From the NCBI GenBank assembly GCA_040751795.1, contig JBFMHR010000001.1, forward strand, positions 192,001 to 256,000: 64,000 nucleotides of DNA, given 5' to 3'. Every line of letters begins with the position of its first letter. Position 1 is the stretch's first letter. The notes beneath the pieces are model-generated. The model saw only the letters and a list, made by a program, of their open reading frames with translations. It made no database searches and was not told the origin of the DNA. Source of the DNA: Thermoplasmatota archaeon. Its GTDB lineage: Archaea > Thermoplasmatota > Thermoplasmata > UBA10834. Below are positions 7,830 to 17,410 of this stretch, one piece after another. Position numbers and translations under genes: made by a program.

Positions 7830-10160
7830 ATGTCCACCGAAAGGCTGTATTCGAGGCGGGCGACGCCGTTCGAGCTCATGGACATAGACCTGGCCTCGGC
7901 CACAGACGACGAGATAATGGAGGTGAGCCAGGAGAGCGGCACCGGCCTCTCCCTCGAGGAGATGCACCGGGTCAGGGACCACTTCTCCGCCAAGGGCAGG
8001 AGCCCGACGGACGTCGAGCTCCAGTCGATAGGGCAGGCCTGGAGCGAGCACTGCTGCTACAAGAGCTCCAAGGTGTTCCTCAAGGAGTACGTCTTCGGCA
8101 TCAACACCAGCCAGGTCATAGACAGGGGCGACGCGGGCGTGATGGAGTTCGACAGGGACCACGCGTACGCCCTCAGGATCGAGAGCCACAACCACCCGAG
8201 CGCGGTGGAGCCCTACGGCGGAGCGGCCACCGGCATCGGGGGGATCATAAGGGACGTACTCTGCATGGGCGCCCAGCCCATCGCGCTGGTCGACCCGCTG
8301 TACTTCGGCCCGCTGGACCTCCCGTTCAAGAGGTTGCCTGAGGGCATCAAGCACCCGAAGTACCTCTTCGGGGGCGTCGTCGCGGGCATCAGGGACTACG
8401 GGAACAGGGTCGGTCTCCCGACCGTCTCGGGCGGGGTCTGGTTCGACGAGAGCTACGTCGGCAACTGCCTCGTCAACGTCGGGTGCATCGGCATCGCGGA
8501 CAAGAAGGACATCAGGCGCAACGCCGTCAGGGGCCCCGGGGACGTCCTGGTGCTGGTCGGAGGGAGGACCGGCAGGGACGGCATACACGGGGTGACCTTC
8601 GCGTCCGCCGTGCTCACGAAGAAGAGCGAGACCGAGTCGAGGGGCGCGGTCCAGCTTGGCGACCCGATCATGAAGGAGCCGGTCATACACGCGGTCCTCG
8701 AGGCGAACCAGAAGGGGCTCGTCAACGGCATGAAGGATCTCGGGGGCGGGGGGCTCTCCTGCGTCGTTGGCGAGATCGCCCTCGCCGGGGGGTGCGGGGC
8801 CGAGGTCGACCTGTCCAAGGTCCCCCTGAAGGAGGAGGGCCTCGCGCCGTGGGAGATCTGGGTCTCCGAGTCGCAGGAGAGGATGATGCTCTCCGTATCG
8901 CCGAAGAACGTGGACGACGTGCTCCACGTCTTCAAGCTCTGGGACGTGCCGGCCACGCCCGTGGGCAAGGTCATACCCCAGAAGGTCGTCAGGCTCTTCT
9001 TCCAGGGGGAGAAGGTATTCGACCTCGAGCTGGAGTTCCTCACCGCCGGGCCGGTCTACTGCAGGCCGTGCAGCGCTGAGAGGTCCGCCAGGACGAGGCG
9101 CGACAGGCACCCTGCCGCCAAGCCGAGGTACGACAAGGAGCTGCTCAGGCTGCTGGCCAGTCCGAACATATGCAACAGGGACTGGATCATAAGGCAGTAC
9201 GACCACGAGGTCAGGGCCGGGACGGTGATCAAGCCGCTCCAGGGCAAGCTCGGCCACTGGAGCCACGGCGACGCCGCGGTCCTGAAGCCCGTCGAGGAGT
9301 CCTTCAGGGGGCTCGCGGTCGCGACGGCCTCCAACCCGTTCGCGGTCGGGGTCGACCCCTACCGCGGCGGCAAGACCTGCGTCGACGAGGTCTGCAGGAA
9401 CCTGGCCGCCGTTGGCGCTAGGCCGCACTCGCTCACCGACTGCCTCAACTTCGGGAACCCGGAGAGGCCGGACAGGCTGTGGCTGTTCCGGGAGGCGGTG
9501 AAGGGCATCGGCGAGGTGGCCAAGGCCCTCAACGTCCCCATCCCCTCGGGCAACGTCAGCTTCTACAACGAGGCGCCCAACGGCGCCGTGCTCCCGACGC
9601 CGACCATACTGGGCTGCGGCATCGCGAGGGACGTGAGGAAGTGCGTCACCTCCGACCTCAAGGGCGAGGGGAACACCCTCGCGCTCGTCGGCGCGACGGG
9701 CCCGCAGATGGGCGCGTCCGCCTACTATCGCATGTGCAGGTGCCACTCCTCGGAGGTCCCCGACGTGAGCGTCCCAGCCCTCAAGGCGGGGATCGACGTG
9801 GTCGTCGGCGGGATCGAGCGCGGCGCGGTCGTGTCTTGCCACGACGTCTCGGACGGGGGCCTCGCGGTCGCCCTCGCCGAGATGTGCATGGGCGGCGACG
9901 TCGGGGCGGAGGTCGACCTCTCCAAGATGGGCAAGCTCCGGGGCGATCAGAAGCTGTTCTCGGAGAGCAACAGCAGGTGGGTCGTCGAGCTGAGGAAGGG
10001 CAAGGAGAAGCTCATGCCTAAGGACGCCAGGGCGCGCATGGTCAGGATAGGGACCGTCGGGGGCGACGGGCTCCGCATCTCATCCGGAAAGACGCTCATA
10101 GACACCGACGTCGACAGGCTCGCCAAGAGCTTCAACGAGACCCTCTGGAGGCTGCTCTGA
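7830..10160 (+). CDS. purL: FGAM synthase subunit PurL
   Basis: WSEHCCYKSS, ESHNHPSAVEPYGGAATG, DLGGGGL, SESQERM, DCLNFGNPE, HDVSDGG. Confidence 0.97.
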   Translation: MSTERLYSRRATPFELMDIDLASATDDEIMEVSQESGTGLSLEEMHRVRDHFSAKGRSPTDVELQSIGQAWSEHCCYKSSKVFLKEYVFGINTSQVIDRGDAGVMEFDRDHAYALRIESHNHPSAVEPYGGAATGIGGIIRDVLCMGAQPIALVDPLYFGPLDLPFKRLPEGIKHPKYLFGGVVAGIRDYGNRVGLPTVSGGVWFDESYVGNCLVNVGCIGIADKKDIRRNAVRGPGDVLVLVGGRTGRDGIHGVTFASAVLTKKSETESRGAVQLGDPIMKEPVIHAVLEANQKGLVNGMKDLGGGGLSCVVGEIALAGGCGAEVDLSKVPLKEEGLAPWEIWVSESQERMMLSVSPKNVDDVLHVFKLWDVPATPVGKVIPQKVVRLFFQGEKVFDLELEFLTAGPVYCRPCSAERSARTRRDRHPAAKPRYDKELLRLLASPNICNRDWIIRQYDHEVRAGTVIKPLQGKLGHWSHGDAAVLKPVEESFRGLAVATASNPFAVGVDPYRGGKTCVDEVCRNLAAVGARPHSLTDCLNFGNPERPDRLWLFREAVKGIGEVAKALNVPIPSGNVSFYNEAPNGAVLPTPTILGCGIARDVRKCVTSDLKGEGNTLALVGATGPQMGASAYYRMCRCHSSEVPDVSVPALKAGIDVVVGGIERGAVVSCHDVSDGGLAVALAEMCMGGDVGAEVDLSKMGKLRGDQKLFSESNSRWVVELRKGKEKLMPKDARARMVRIGTVGGDGLRISSGKTLIDTDVDRLAKSFNETLWRLL

Positions 10161-10990
10161 TGAAGATCAGCAAGGTGAAGGTCTGCGTCCTCAGGATCGA
10201 GGGGACCAACTGCGAGGAGGAGTCGTACCAGTCGTTCAAGAGGCTCGGGGCGAGGCCCGAGAAGGTCCATCTGAAGCAGCTCACCGGCACGGACGTCTCC
10301 GCGGACGAGAGGCGGTCCCTCTCCGACTACCACATCCTGGTCCTGCCCGGCGGGTTCTCCTCCGGGGACTACGTGCGCGCGGGCGCGATCTTCGCCGCGC
10401 GGATGAAGAGCAGGCTGTCCGGGGACCTCGTGGACTTCGTGAGGTCCGGCAAGCCCGTGCTCGGGATATGCAACGGGTTCCAGATACTGGTCGAGACGGG
10501 CCTGCTCCCCGCGATGTCGGGCGTGATGTCCGACGTCCCCGAGGCCGTCCTCGGGACCAACGACTCAGGCAGGTTCGAGTGCAGGCCGACCATCCTGAAG
10601 AAGGTCAGCAGGGGCAAGTGCGTCTTCACGACCAAGGTCCCCGACGACAAGCTGTCCCTGATACCCTCGGCGCACGCTGAGGGGAAGCTCATGTTCCCCA
10701 TCGAGAGGAGGGACAGGATCCTGAGGGAGCTGGCGGAGAACGACCAGGTCGTGTTCAAGTACGTCGACCCGGACGGGAACCTCGCCGGGTACCCGTGGTG
10801 CCCCAACGGCGCGGCCGAGAACATAGCGGGCATATGCAACAGGGACGGGAACGTCTTCGGCCTGATGCCGCACCCTGAGAGGGTGTTCTTCAGGTTCACC
10901 CACCCCGACTGGACGAGGAGCCCCGACGGGGCCGGCGACGGCCGGGCGGTGTTCGAGTCGGTCCTGGACTACGCCTCCAAGAGGCTCTGA
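10160..10990 (+). CDS. purQ: FGAM synthase glutaminase subunit PurQ
   Basis: GTNCE, PGGFSSGD, LGICNGFQ, GLMPHPER. Confidence 0.97.
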   Translation: MKISKVKVCVLRIEGTNCEEESYQSFKRLGARPEKVHLKQLTGTDVSADERRSLSDYHILVLPGGFSSGDYVRAGAIFAARMKSRLSGDLVDFVRSGKPVLGICNGFQILVETGLLPAMSGVMSDVPEAVLGTNDSGRFECRPTILKKVSRGKCVFTTKVPDDKLSLIPSAHAEGKLMFPIERRDRILRELAENDQVVFKYVDPDGNLAGYPWCPNGAAENIAGICNRDGNVFGLMPHPERVFFRFTHPDWTRSPDGAGDGRAVFESVLDYASKRL

Positions 10991-10994
10991 CGGG

Positions 10995-11651
10995 CTAGAG
11001 GGAGACTATCAGCTCGACCTGGTCGCCGTCCTTGAGCCCGAGGGAGCGCCTCAGGTGGTACTTGCAGATGACCTCGATTATGTCCGTGTGGTGGGACCTC
11101 ACGGGCAGCACCACCGCGCACTCCATGTTGCGGATGGTGGCGAGGAAGCACTTGACGTCCCCGAAGGTCCTGCTCTCCTTCTCGAAGCCCTTGATCAGGA
11201 TGCCCTCCGACTTGCGCAGGATGTCCATCTTGGAGAGCTCGTGCTGGTCTATCCTGAGGTTGAGGGTGCCCTCGTAGGGCTTGAACCAGAGCTTCTTCTG
11301 GAACTGCTCGGTGTAGGCCTCCTGGTTGACGTAGTACTGCCCCTCGCCGAGGCCGGAGGTGACCGTGCCGAGGATGACCAGGTGGTCCTTCATCTCGAAG
11401 ATGCGCTGGTAGTCCGAGTACTCCTTCCTGAGGAGGTCGAACCCCTTGTCGGTGAGCTTGATCCTCTGCCTCCTCGCGCCGAGGTCCCTCTCGATCAGGC
11501 CCTCGCCCAGGAGCTCGAGTATCTTCTTCGAGGCCGATTGCTGGCTTATCTCGAGGACGTTCCCCAGCTCTCTGGAGGAGATGGCTATGTAGTCGTGCAC
11601 GCCGCCCATGAGCGCGATGTGCTTCAGGGTCGCTATCTGCTTCTCGTGCAT
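10995..11651 (-). CDS. ribK: CTP-dependent riboflavin kinase with N-terminal winged HTH (RbkR type)
   Basis: HTH ISQQSAS; SGLGEGQYY, PYEGTLN, LR--LGLKDGD. Confidence 0.93.
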   Translation of the reverse strand: MHEKQIATLKHIALMGGVHDYIAISSRELGNVLEISQQSASKKILELLGEGLIERDLGARRQRIKLTDKGFDLLRKEYSDYQRIFEMKDHLVILGTVTSGLGEGQYYVNQEAYTEQFQKKLWFKPYEGTLNLRIDQHELSKMDILRKSEGILIKGFEKESRTFGDVKCFLATIRNMECAVVLPVRSHHTDIIEVICKYHLRRSLGLKDGDQVELIVSL

Positions 11652-11676
11652 GGCGGGTTTCGGATATCGGAGGGGC

Positions 11677-11723
11677 GATAAATAGGTTTCCAGAAAATTG
11701 GTAGTGGACGGCTAAGTTGGTAG
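11677..11723 (-). promoter_or_regulatory. ribK promoter with candidate autoregulatory operator
   Basis: TATTTAT box; near-palindrome TACCAATTTTCTGGAA (11688-11703); CTACCAAyTT repeated twice. Confidence 0.45.
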
Positions 11724-11752
11724 GTAGCGCCCCCCGCCCATCCGGTGATGGC

Positions 11753-12121
11753 TCAGTCGACGCCGTGCTCGGAGAGCTCCAGATACCTCTCGCTCCTGAG
11801 CCTGACGACGGGGATGCCCTCGGCCCTCAGCCGTGCTATCAGTCCCTTGTCGTTGGTGAGCACCGCCGCCGAGGTCCTCTTGGCCACCTCCAGGACGGCG
11901 TCGTCACCCCTGAGGGGGGTCTCGATTATCGTGTACCTCCTCCCCAGGGCGAGGGCGCCCTTCCCCGCGCGCTCCCTCGAGTTGGCCAGCTCCCCGAGGA
12001 CGGAGCTCGGGACCAGGACGGGGAGGTCGCCGAAGAGGCGCTTCAGCTCCCTGTCCAGGTTCACGCTGAACTGAAAAGGCATCATCAGGCCGTTAGCGTC
12101 GAGCACCACGGCGGAGACCAA
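11753..12121 (-). CDS. PIN-domain protein (Fcf1/Utp24-like)
   Basis: VVLDAN, GDD, LTNDK; conserved position after aIF2gamma; TTG start. Confidence 0.88.
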   Translation of the reverse strand: MVSAVVLDANGLMMPFQFSVNLDRELKRLFGDLPVLVPSSVLGELANSRERAGKGALALGRRYTIIETPLRGDDAVLEVAKRTSAAVLTNDKGLIARLRAEGIPVVRLRSERYLELSEHGVD

Positions 12122-12131
12122 CGGCCATCCC

Positions 12132-13364
12132 TCACTTCACTGTGCCGTAGCCGATCAGGCGCCACTTGCCCGTTATGCGCCTTGACATGGCGATCCTCTG
12201 CCCCTTCTCCGCGCAGACGGGGATCTTGAGCGATATCTCCGCCGATTCGGACCGCCCGCTCGTGACCACGCCGACGGTGGTGGCCGTCCCGACGCTGAGC
12301 ATCAGGGGCTCGTTGGTCTTGAGGTTGTCCACCGCGAGGTCCGACGATATCCCCACCACCCTCTGCATGAGCGTCGTCTCGACCGTGAGGGAGCTCTGGA
12401 CCGGCGGAAGGCTGCCCGGGGCCCCCGCGATCCTGCCGACCAGCGAGTCCGACTTGGTGATGACCGGGTCCAGGCCCGTCCCTATGGCGATGAGGCCGCC
12501 CGGCCTCGCCTCCTCCAGCTTCAGGCCGCCCGCGAAGAGCGACCTGACCTGGGTGACGACCGGCTCCCAGACAACGCCCTTGCCCCCCTCGACCTTGCGG
12601 CCGGGCAGGACCTCGACCTCGTCCCCGACGCTGAGCCTCCCCTGCGTGAGGGAGCCTCCGAGGACGCCACCCTTGAGCTTGTCGATCTTTGTCCCCGGGG
12701 GGTTCACGTCGAACGACCTGGCGACGTACATCCTCGCCGGCCGCGACCTGTCCCACTTGGGGGTCGGGATGGTCTTCTCTATCGTCTGGATGAGCGTGTC
12801 GATGTTGACGTCGTGGTGGGCGGATATGGGTATGATCGGGGCCTTCTCGGCGATCGTCCCCTTCACGAACTCCCTGATCTCGTTGAAGTTGGACCGCGCC
12901 TCCTCCGGCGAGACCAGGTCGATCTTGTTCTGCACGACTATGATCCTGTCGACGCCAATTATCGAGAGGGCCATCAGGTGCTCCCTGGTCTGCGGCTGCG
13001 GGCACGGCTCGTTCGCAGCGACGAGCAGGAGCGCGCCGTTCATTATCGCGGCGCCGGAGAGCATCGTGGCCATCAGCGTCTCGTGGCCGGGGGCGTCGAC
13101 GAACGACACGGACCTGAGCAGCTCGCACTCGCCCTTGCAGGCAGGGCACGTGGGCTGGTTCGTGTAGCACTCAGGCTCGGAGCAGTTCCTGCACTTGTAG
13201 AAGGCGACGTCGGCGTAACCGAGCCGTATGGAGATGCCCCGCTTGACCTCCTCCGAGTGGCGGTCGGTCATCTCGCCAGTCAAGGCCTTCGTCAGCATGG
13301 TCTTGCCGTGGTCGACATGGCCGATCATGCCGATGTTGGTCTCTGGCTGGGTCGGGACCTTCAT
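12132..13364 (-). CDS. eif2g: Translation initiation factor 2 subunit gamma
   Basis: [17 protein letters not shown], Zn-knuckle, [21 protein letters not shown]. Confidence 0.98.
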   Translation of the reverse strand: MKVPTQPETNIGMIGHVDHGKTMLTKALTGEMTDRHSEEVKRGISIRLGYADVAFYKCRNCSEPECYTNQPTCPACKGECELLRSVSFVDAPGHETLMATMLSGAAIMNGALLLVAANEPCPQPQTREHLMALSIIGVDRIIVVQNKIDLVSPEEARSNFNEIREFVKGTIAEKAPIIPISAHHDVNIDTLIQTIEKTIPTPKWDRSRPARMYVARSFDVNPPGTKIDKLKGGVLGGSLTQGRLSVGDEVEVLPGRKVEGGKGVVWEPVVTQVRSLFAGGLKLEEARPGGLIAIGTGLDPVITKSDSLVGRIAGAPGSLPPVQSSLTVETTLMQRVVGISSDLAVDNLKTNEPLMLSVGTATTVGVVTSGRSESAEISLKIPVCAEKGQRIAMSRRITGKWRLIGYGTVK

Positions 13365-13759
13365 TACTCCTTCTTCTCCTCTTTCTTGATGAGCTCGGAA
13401 ACGGGCTTCAATCCGTGGGAGGTTATCTTGAGGTTGACCTGGAGAGTGTCGGGCGCGACGGTGTTGCCGCGCATGTTCTTCTTCTTCCTGAGGCCGCCCT
13501 TGTCCGGCCTGAAGCCTGTGCTCTCAGAGACGAGGAGCTTCTTCCTCCTGGGGCCAGGGAGGTCCTTCCGCATCGGGAATCCGTCCTTGTCGCTGCCGCC
13601 TGTGATCTGCAGCTTGTACCCTGGGAGGCCTACGAATATGCCGTCTATGACGTCGCCTATCTTCTTGCCTATCAGCGAGTTCGCGTGGTGCCCAGCGACA
13701 GGCGCCTGATACGACTTGCCGTCCTTGGGGTCGTTGATGACGGCCTTGAAATCTGCCAT
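13364..13759 (-). CDS. rps6e: 30S ribosomal protein S6e
   Basis: [23 protein letters not shown]. Confidence 0.97.
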   Translation of the reverse strand: MADFKAVINDPKDGKSYQAPVAGHHANSLIGKKIGDVIDGIFVGLPGYKLQITGGSDKDGFPMRKDLPGPRRKKLLVSESTGFRPDKGGLRKKKNMRGNTVAPDTLQVNLKITSHGLKPVSELIKKEEKKE

Positions 13760-13892
13760 GGGATCGACTCCGGTTCGCAGGACGCCCTAATGCGCAAGGA
13801 GTTATAAGGGTTTCGGAATCAGCCGGGGATGCTGGTATGTCCTCCGAAGGGAGCCGGTACCTGCGCCGACTTCGCCGGCGCTGCGCAGACCC

Positions 13893-15647
13893 TCATCTGC
13901 CCCAGAACGGCTTCTCCTTGCGCTTCACGGCCGCGACCTGCTCGAGGACCTCCTGCTCGTCGGGCGAGAGCTTGTAGTTGGACAGCTCACGCGCGTGGCT
14001 CTCCGGGATGTCGACCAGGAGCACGTCCTCGACGTCGATCTGCCTCCCGACCGTGGCGTCGTCTATAGCGACCGCGACCTCGCTGCCCGCGATGGCCTCC
14101 GCGAGGGTGTTCTCGCCGCTCCTTATGCTCTTGACCCTGCCGACCTGCCTGCCGTCCTCCCGCATCAGCATCTGGCCGGGGCGGACCCTGCCCGCGAGGA
14201 CGCGCACGCCCACGATCGCGGGCTTGCTCACCCTGAAGACGTGGTCCCTCATGATCTTGACCTTGCCGGGGAAGACGGTCTCGAGCCTCTTCTCGGCCTC
14301 GACCTCGCGCTTCCTCACCTCGCACCAGGCCTTGTACTCGTCTAGGAGGCGGTAGATGACCTGGTTGGAGAACATCTTCACGCCCGTGCTGGCCAGCTCG
14401 GCCTCGACGTCAGGGTTGGAGTCGGTGTTGAAGGCGAATATCACCCTGTGGAGGGGGTTCTCGAAGTTGGACGCCTCGAGCACATCCTTGCGCGTGACCT
14501 TGCCTATGCCCACCTTCCTTATGGGGAGGTCGGCGTTCTTGGCCTCGAAGACGAGGGCCTCGAGGGACCCGATCGCGTCGCCGCGCACCACGATGCCCTC
14601 GTTCGCGAGGTCCACCTTGAGCTCGCTCTCCTTGCGGACCTCCTCGCGCACGGCGTCGACGTTCTCGTTCGCCACCCTGAGGATCCCGCCCGCCATCGCG
14701 TCCTCCATGTTCTGGCCGACGAGCCTGATGCCCGCCGCCGCGGACACCGACTTGACCTGGTCGAAGCGCTGCGTCGGGTCCCTGATCTCGTCCAGGGGCC
14801 TCGGCCTCAGGAGCGCCCTCACCTTGGTCTGTATGGGCTCGCCCCTGGCGGACGAGACCAGTATCTGGTCCCCGACCTTCAGGGTGCCCTTGTAGACTAT
14901 GGTGTCCAGGACGGTCCCGATGCCCTTCTCCTCCTTGACCTCGAGGACCGTGCCCTCCGCGGGGCAGTCCTCGGTCCTCAGCTCCTCCTCCAGGAACTTC
15001 TGGGCCAGCCCCACGAGGATCAGGAGCAGGTCAGGCAGCCCCTCGCCGTGCTTCCCGCTCACCGGGACGATGGCGATGGACTTGGTGAAGTCGGATATCT
15101 TGTCGAACCGGTCGGCGCTGAAGCCCGTCCTGTCGAAGACCGCGCCGGCGATCTGGTATATCCTCTCGTCGAGCTCGGCGACGACCCGCGGGTCCTGCTC
15201 GGCGAGGGACTGGGCGATGGTGGAGCCGTCGTGGACGCGCCAGCCCATGAGCCTGTCGACCTTGTTCGCGGCTATGACGAACGGCGTCCTGAACTTCCTG
15301 AGTATGTTGATGGACTCGAGGGTCTGCGGCTTCATGCCCTCGGTGACGTCTATGACGAGCACGGCGAGGTCTGCGAGCGCCCCGCCCCTGGTCCTGAGGG
15401 TCGCGAAGGAGTAGTGGCCGGGAGTGTCGATGAACAGGAGGCCGGGCACGGTGAACTTCCTGTCGCCTATGAGCGGCCGGCAGAGCTCGTTGATCGTCTC
15501 TATGGGCACGTCTGTCGCGCCGATGTGCTGGGTGATGCCGCCGGCCTCCCTGGACACGACCTTGGTGCCCCTGACCCTGTCCAGGATCGTGGACTTGCCA
15601 TGGTCGACATGGCCCATGACGGAGACTATCGGTTGCCGGACGGCCAC
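13893..15647 (-). CDS. infB: Translation initiation factor aIF5B (IF-2)
   Basis: RQPIVSVMGHVDHGKS, EAGGITQHIGA, DTPGH, NKVD; no intein; GTG start inferred. Confidence 0.97.
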   Translation of the reverse strand: MAVRQPIVSVMGHVDHGKSTILDRVRGTKVVSREAGGITQHIGATDVPIETINELCRPLIGDRKFTVPGLLFIDTPGHYSFATLRTRGGALADLAVLVIDVTEGMKPQTLESINILRKFRTPFVIAANKVDRLMGWRVHDGSTIAQSLAEQDPRVVAELDERIYQIAGAVFDRTGFSADRFDKISDFTKSIAIVPVSGKHGEGLPDLLLILVGLAQKFLEEELRTEDCPAEGTVLEVKEEKGIGTVLDTIVYKGTLKVGDQILVSSARGEPIQTKVRALLRPRPLDEIRDPTQRFDQVKSVSAAAGIRLVGQNMEDAMAGGILRVANENVDAVREEVRKESELKVDLANEGIVVRGDAIGSLEALVFEAKNADLPIRKVGIGKVTRKDVLEASNFENPLHRVIFAFNTDSNPDVEAELASTGVKMFSNQVIYRLLDEYKAWCEVRKREVEAEKRLETVFPGKVKIMRDHVFRVSKPAIVGVRVLAGRVRPGQMLMREDGRQVGRVKSIRSGENTLAEAIAGSEVAVAIDDATVGRQIDVEDVLLVDIPESHARELSNYKLSPDEQEVLEQVAAVKRKEKPFWGR

Positions 15648-15745
15648 GGCTCGCAAGAACCGGTGAGGATATATCAATGTATCCCGGGCTACAGCTGGCT
15701 GGTAACGGGGATGGGAAAACAGAGGGTAAGCGGTTTACGGCGGTT

Positions 15746-16201
15746 TCACTTCTCGAAGACCCACGCCTCGTCGGCCTTCTCGTACGACTGGAGCTCGTAG
15801 TCGTTGAAGAAGAGCTTGATCTCCCTCTTGGCGCTCTCGGAGGAGTCGGAGCCGTGGACGATGTTCCTGCCGGTGACCTGGCCGAAGTCGCCCCTGATCG
15901 TGCCCAGGGCCGCGTCCTGGGGGTTGGTCCTCCCCATCATCGCCCTCGCGGCGGCGACGCAGTTCTCGCCCTCGAGCACCATGCAGACGACCGGCCCCGA
16001 GGTTATGTACGACAGGAGCGGGGCGTAGAAGCCCTTTCCCTTGTGCTCCTCGTAGTGCCTCTCGGCCAGCTCGTGCGGGATCCTCATCATCTTCATCGCG
16101 ACGACCTTGATCCCGCGGTCCTCGAACCTCTGGACGACCCTGCCGACGAGGCCCCTCTGGACCCCGTCCGGCTTGACCATCACGAAGGTCTTCTCGATCA
16201 C
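15746..16201 (-). CDS. ndk: Nucleoside diphosphate kinase
   Basis: [26 protein letters not shown]. Confidence 0.98.
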   Translation of the reverse strand: MIEKTFVMVKPDGVQRGLVGRVVQRFEDRGIKVVAMKMMRIPHELAERHYEEHKGKGFYAPLLSYITSGPVVCMVLEGENCVAAARAMMGRTNPQDAALGTIRGDFGQVTGRNIVHGSDSSESAKREIKLFFNDYELQSYEKADEAWVFEK

Positions 16202-16203
16202 CC

Positions 16204-16611
16204 TCAGGCCCCCTCGTCCTTCGCGGGCTTGGCCTTCTTGGCCGCGGGCTTCGCCTTCGCAGGGGCCTCCGGCTCCTTCTCCGGGGCTGCCTCAGCGGGC
16301 GCGTCGGCCTCCTTCCCCGCATCGGGCGCCGGCCCGGCGGGCGCCTCCTTCTCCTCGGAGTCCTCCTTCTTCACCTTGCGAACCTTCTTCGGCGCGGCCT
16401 CGGCGAGGCCGGGCTTCATCCTGATCTGCTTCTCCCTCTCGTAGTGCCTGGTCCAGGTGACCCTGCGCGGGACCCTGCCGAGCTCGACGAGGTTCTTGAA
16501 GCACTTGGACGAGCAGAAGTTGTAGGTGACCCCGTCCTTCCTGACGTACATCCTGCCGGTCCCAGGCTCTATCTCGACCCCGCAGAACGTGCACACCCTT
16601 CTCTCAACCAT
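16204..16611 (-). CDS. rpl24e: 50S ribosomal protein L24e with Ala/Glu/Lys/Pro-rich C-terminal tail
   Basis: CTFCG-IEPGTG, FCSSKC, PRRVTWT; RBS GAGGTG. Confidence 0.96.
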   Translation of the reverse strand: MVERRVCTFCGVEIEPGTGRMYVRKDGVTYNFCSSKCFKNLVELGRVPRRVTWTRHYEREKQIRMKPGLAEAAPKKVRKVKKEDSEEKEAPAGPAPDAGKEADAPAEAAPEKEPEAPAKAKPAAKKAKPAKDEGA

Positions 16612-16638
16612 GTAGAACACCTCACGACGGAAGCGGGC

Positions 16639-16851
16639 TCAGCGAACGCTGAGCTTCTTCGCCTCCCTCGAGGTCTCCTTGAGCATCAGCACGTCCCCGA
16701 CCCTGACGGGGCCCATGCAGTTCCTGGTGATGATCCTGCCCTTGTCCCTTCCGTCAAGGACCCTGACCTTCACCTGGGTCGCCTCGCCCGTCATGCCGGT
16801 CCTGCCGACGACCTCGACCACCGTCGCCGGTATGCTGTCCATGTCAGCCAT
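16639..16851 (-). CDS. rps28e: 30S ribosomal protein S28e
   Basis: [27 protein letters not shown]. Confidence 0.97.
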   Translation of the reverse strand: MADMDSIPATVVEVVGRTGMTGEATQVKVRVLDGRDKGRIITRNCMGPVRVGDVLMLKETSREAKKLSVR

Positions 16852-16860
16852 CTAGGCCAC

Positions 16861-17232
16861 CTACTTCTTCAGAGCCTTCAGCTTCTCTGACAGTTCGTCC
16901 AGAGCAGGCTTTCCCTTGGATGCGTCGAGCACCGCGACCGCCGCGGTCGGCTTCTCGAGGCCGCAGGCGTTCCCCAGCTCGGCCTTGCTCGGCACGAAGG
17001 CGTAGGGCACGTTCTTCTCGTCGCACAGCGCCGGCATGTGCATCAGTATCTCCGGCGGGGAGACGTCCTCGGCCATGACGACCATCTGGGCCTCTCCGCG
17101 CTCGACGAGCTTGGTGACCTCGTTCGTGCCTCTCCTGAGCTTCCCGCCGTCGCGGGCGAGCTCGACGATCTCATACGCCTTGTCAGAGAGCTCCTTCGGA
17201 GTCTCGAACTTCACATACACTGGCTTCGCCAA
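16861..17232 (-). CDS. rpl7ae: 50S ribosomal protein L7Ae
   Basis: RRGTNEVTK, AEDVSPPEI, LCDEKNVPY, ELGNACGL; TTG start with RBS GGAGGT. Confidence 0.97.
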   Translation of the reverse strand: MAKPVYVKFETPKELSDKAYEIVELARDGGKLRRGTNEVTKLVERGEAQMVVMAEDVSPPEILMHMPALCDEKNVPYAFVPSKAELGNACGLEKPTAAVAVLDASKGKPALDELSEKLKALKK

Positions 17233-17300
17233 TTCAATACCTCCTTCGGGTGCTTTCGCACCTTCATCATTCATGGGCCCTTTTGCGAAAAGAGCAACCT
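17233..17300 (-). promoter_or_regulatory. rpl7ae 5'UTR with K-turn/box C-D-like autoregulatory element
   Basis: Minus strand AUGAUGA-A-GGUGC-GAAA-GCACC-CGA-AGG next to the RBS; upstream hairpin GCUCUUUU-CGC-AAAAGGGC; TTTTATA box at about 17317-17323. Confidence 0.65.
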
Positions 17301-17410
17301 CATTAATGGATGGTCCTATAAAAGGGTTCCTGACCTCGTTCCGCGTTTGGGCTGGCTCCCCCCACTGCAGAGGTAATATATCGCCGCGGGGCATCCCCCA
17401 TGGGAGCCAC

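Noticed and set aside
11753-12121. PIN protein as a VapC toxin
   Set aside because: No antitoxin gene; occupies the conserved position after aIF2gamma in the archaeal translation cluster
13893-15647. Intein in aIF5B (also checked SMC and XPD)
   Set aside because: Normal lengths and contiguous motifs
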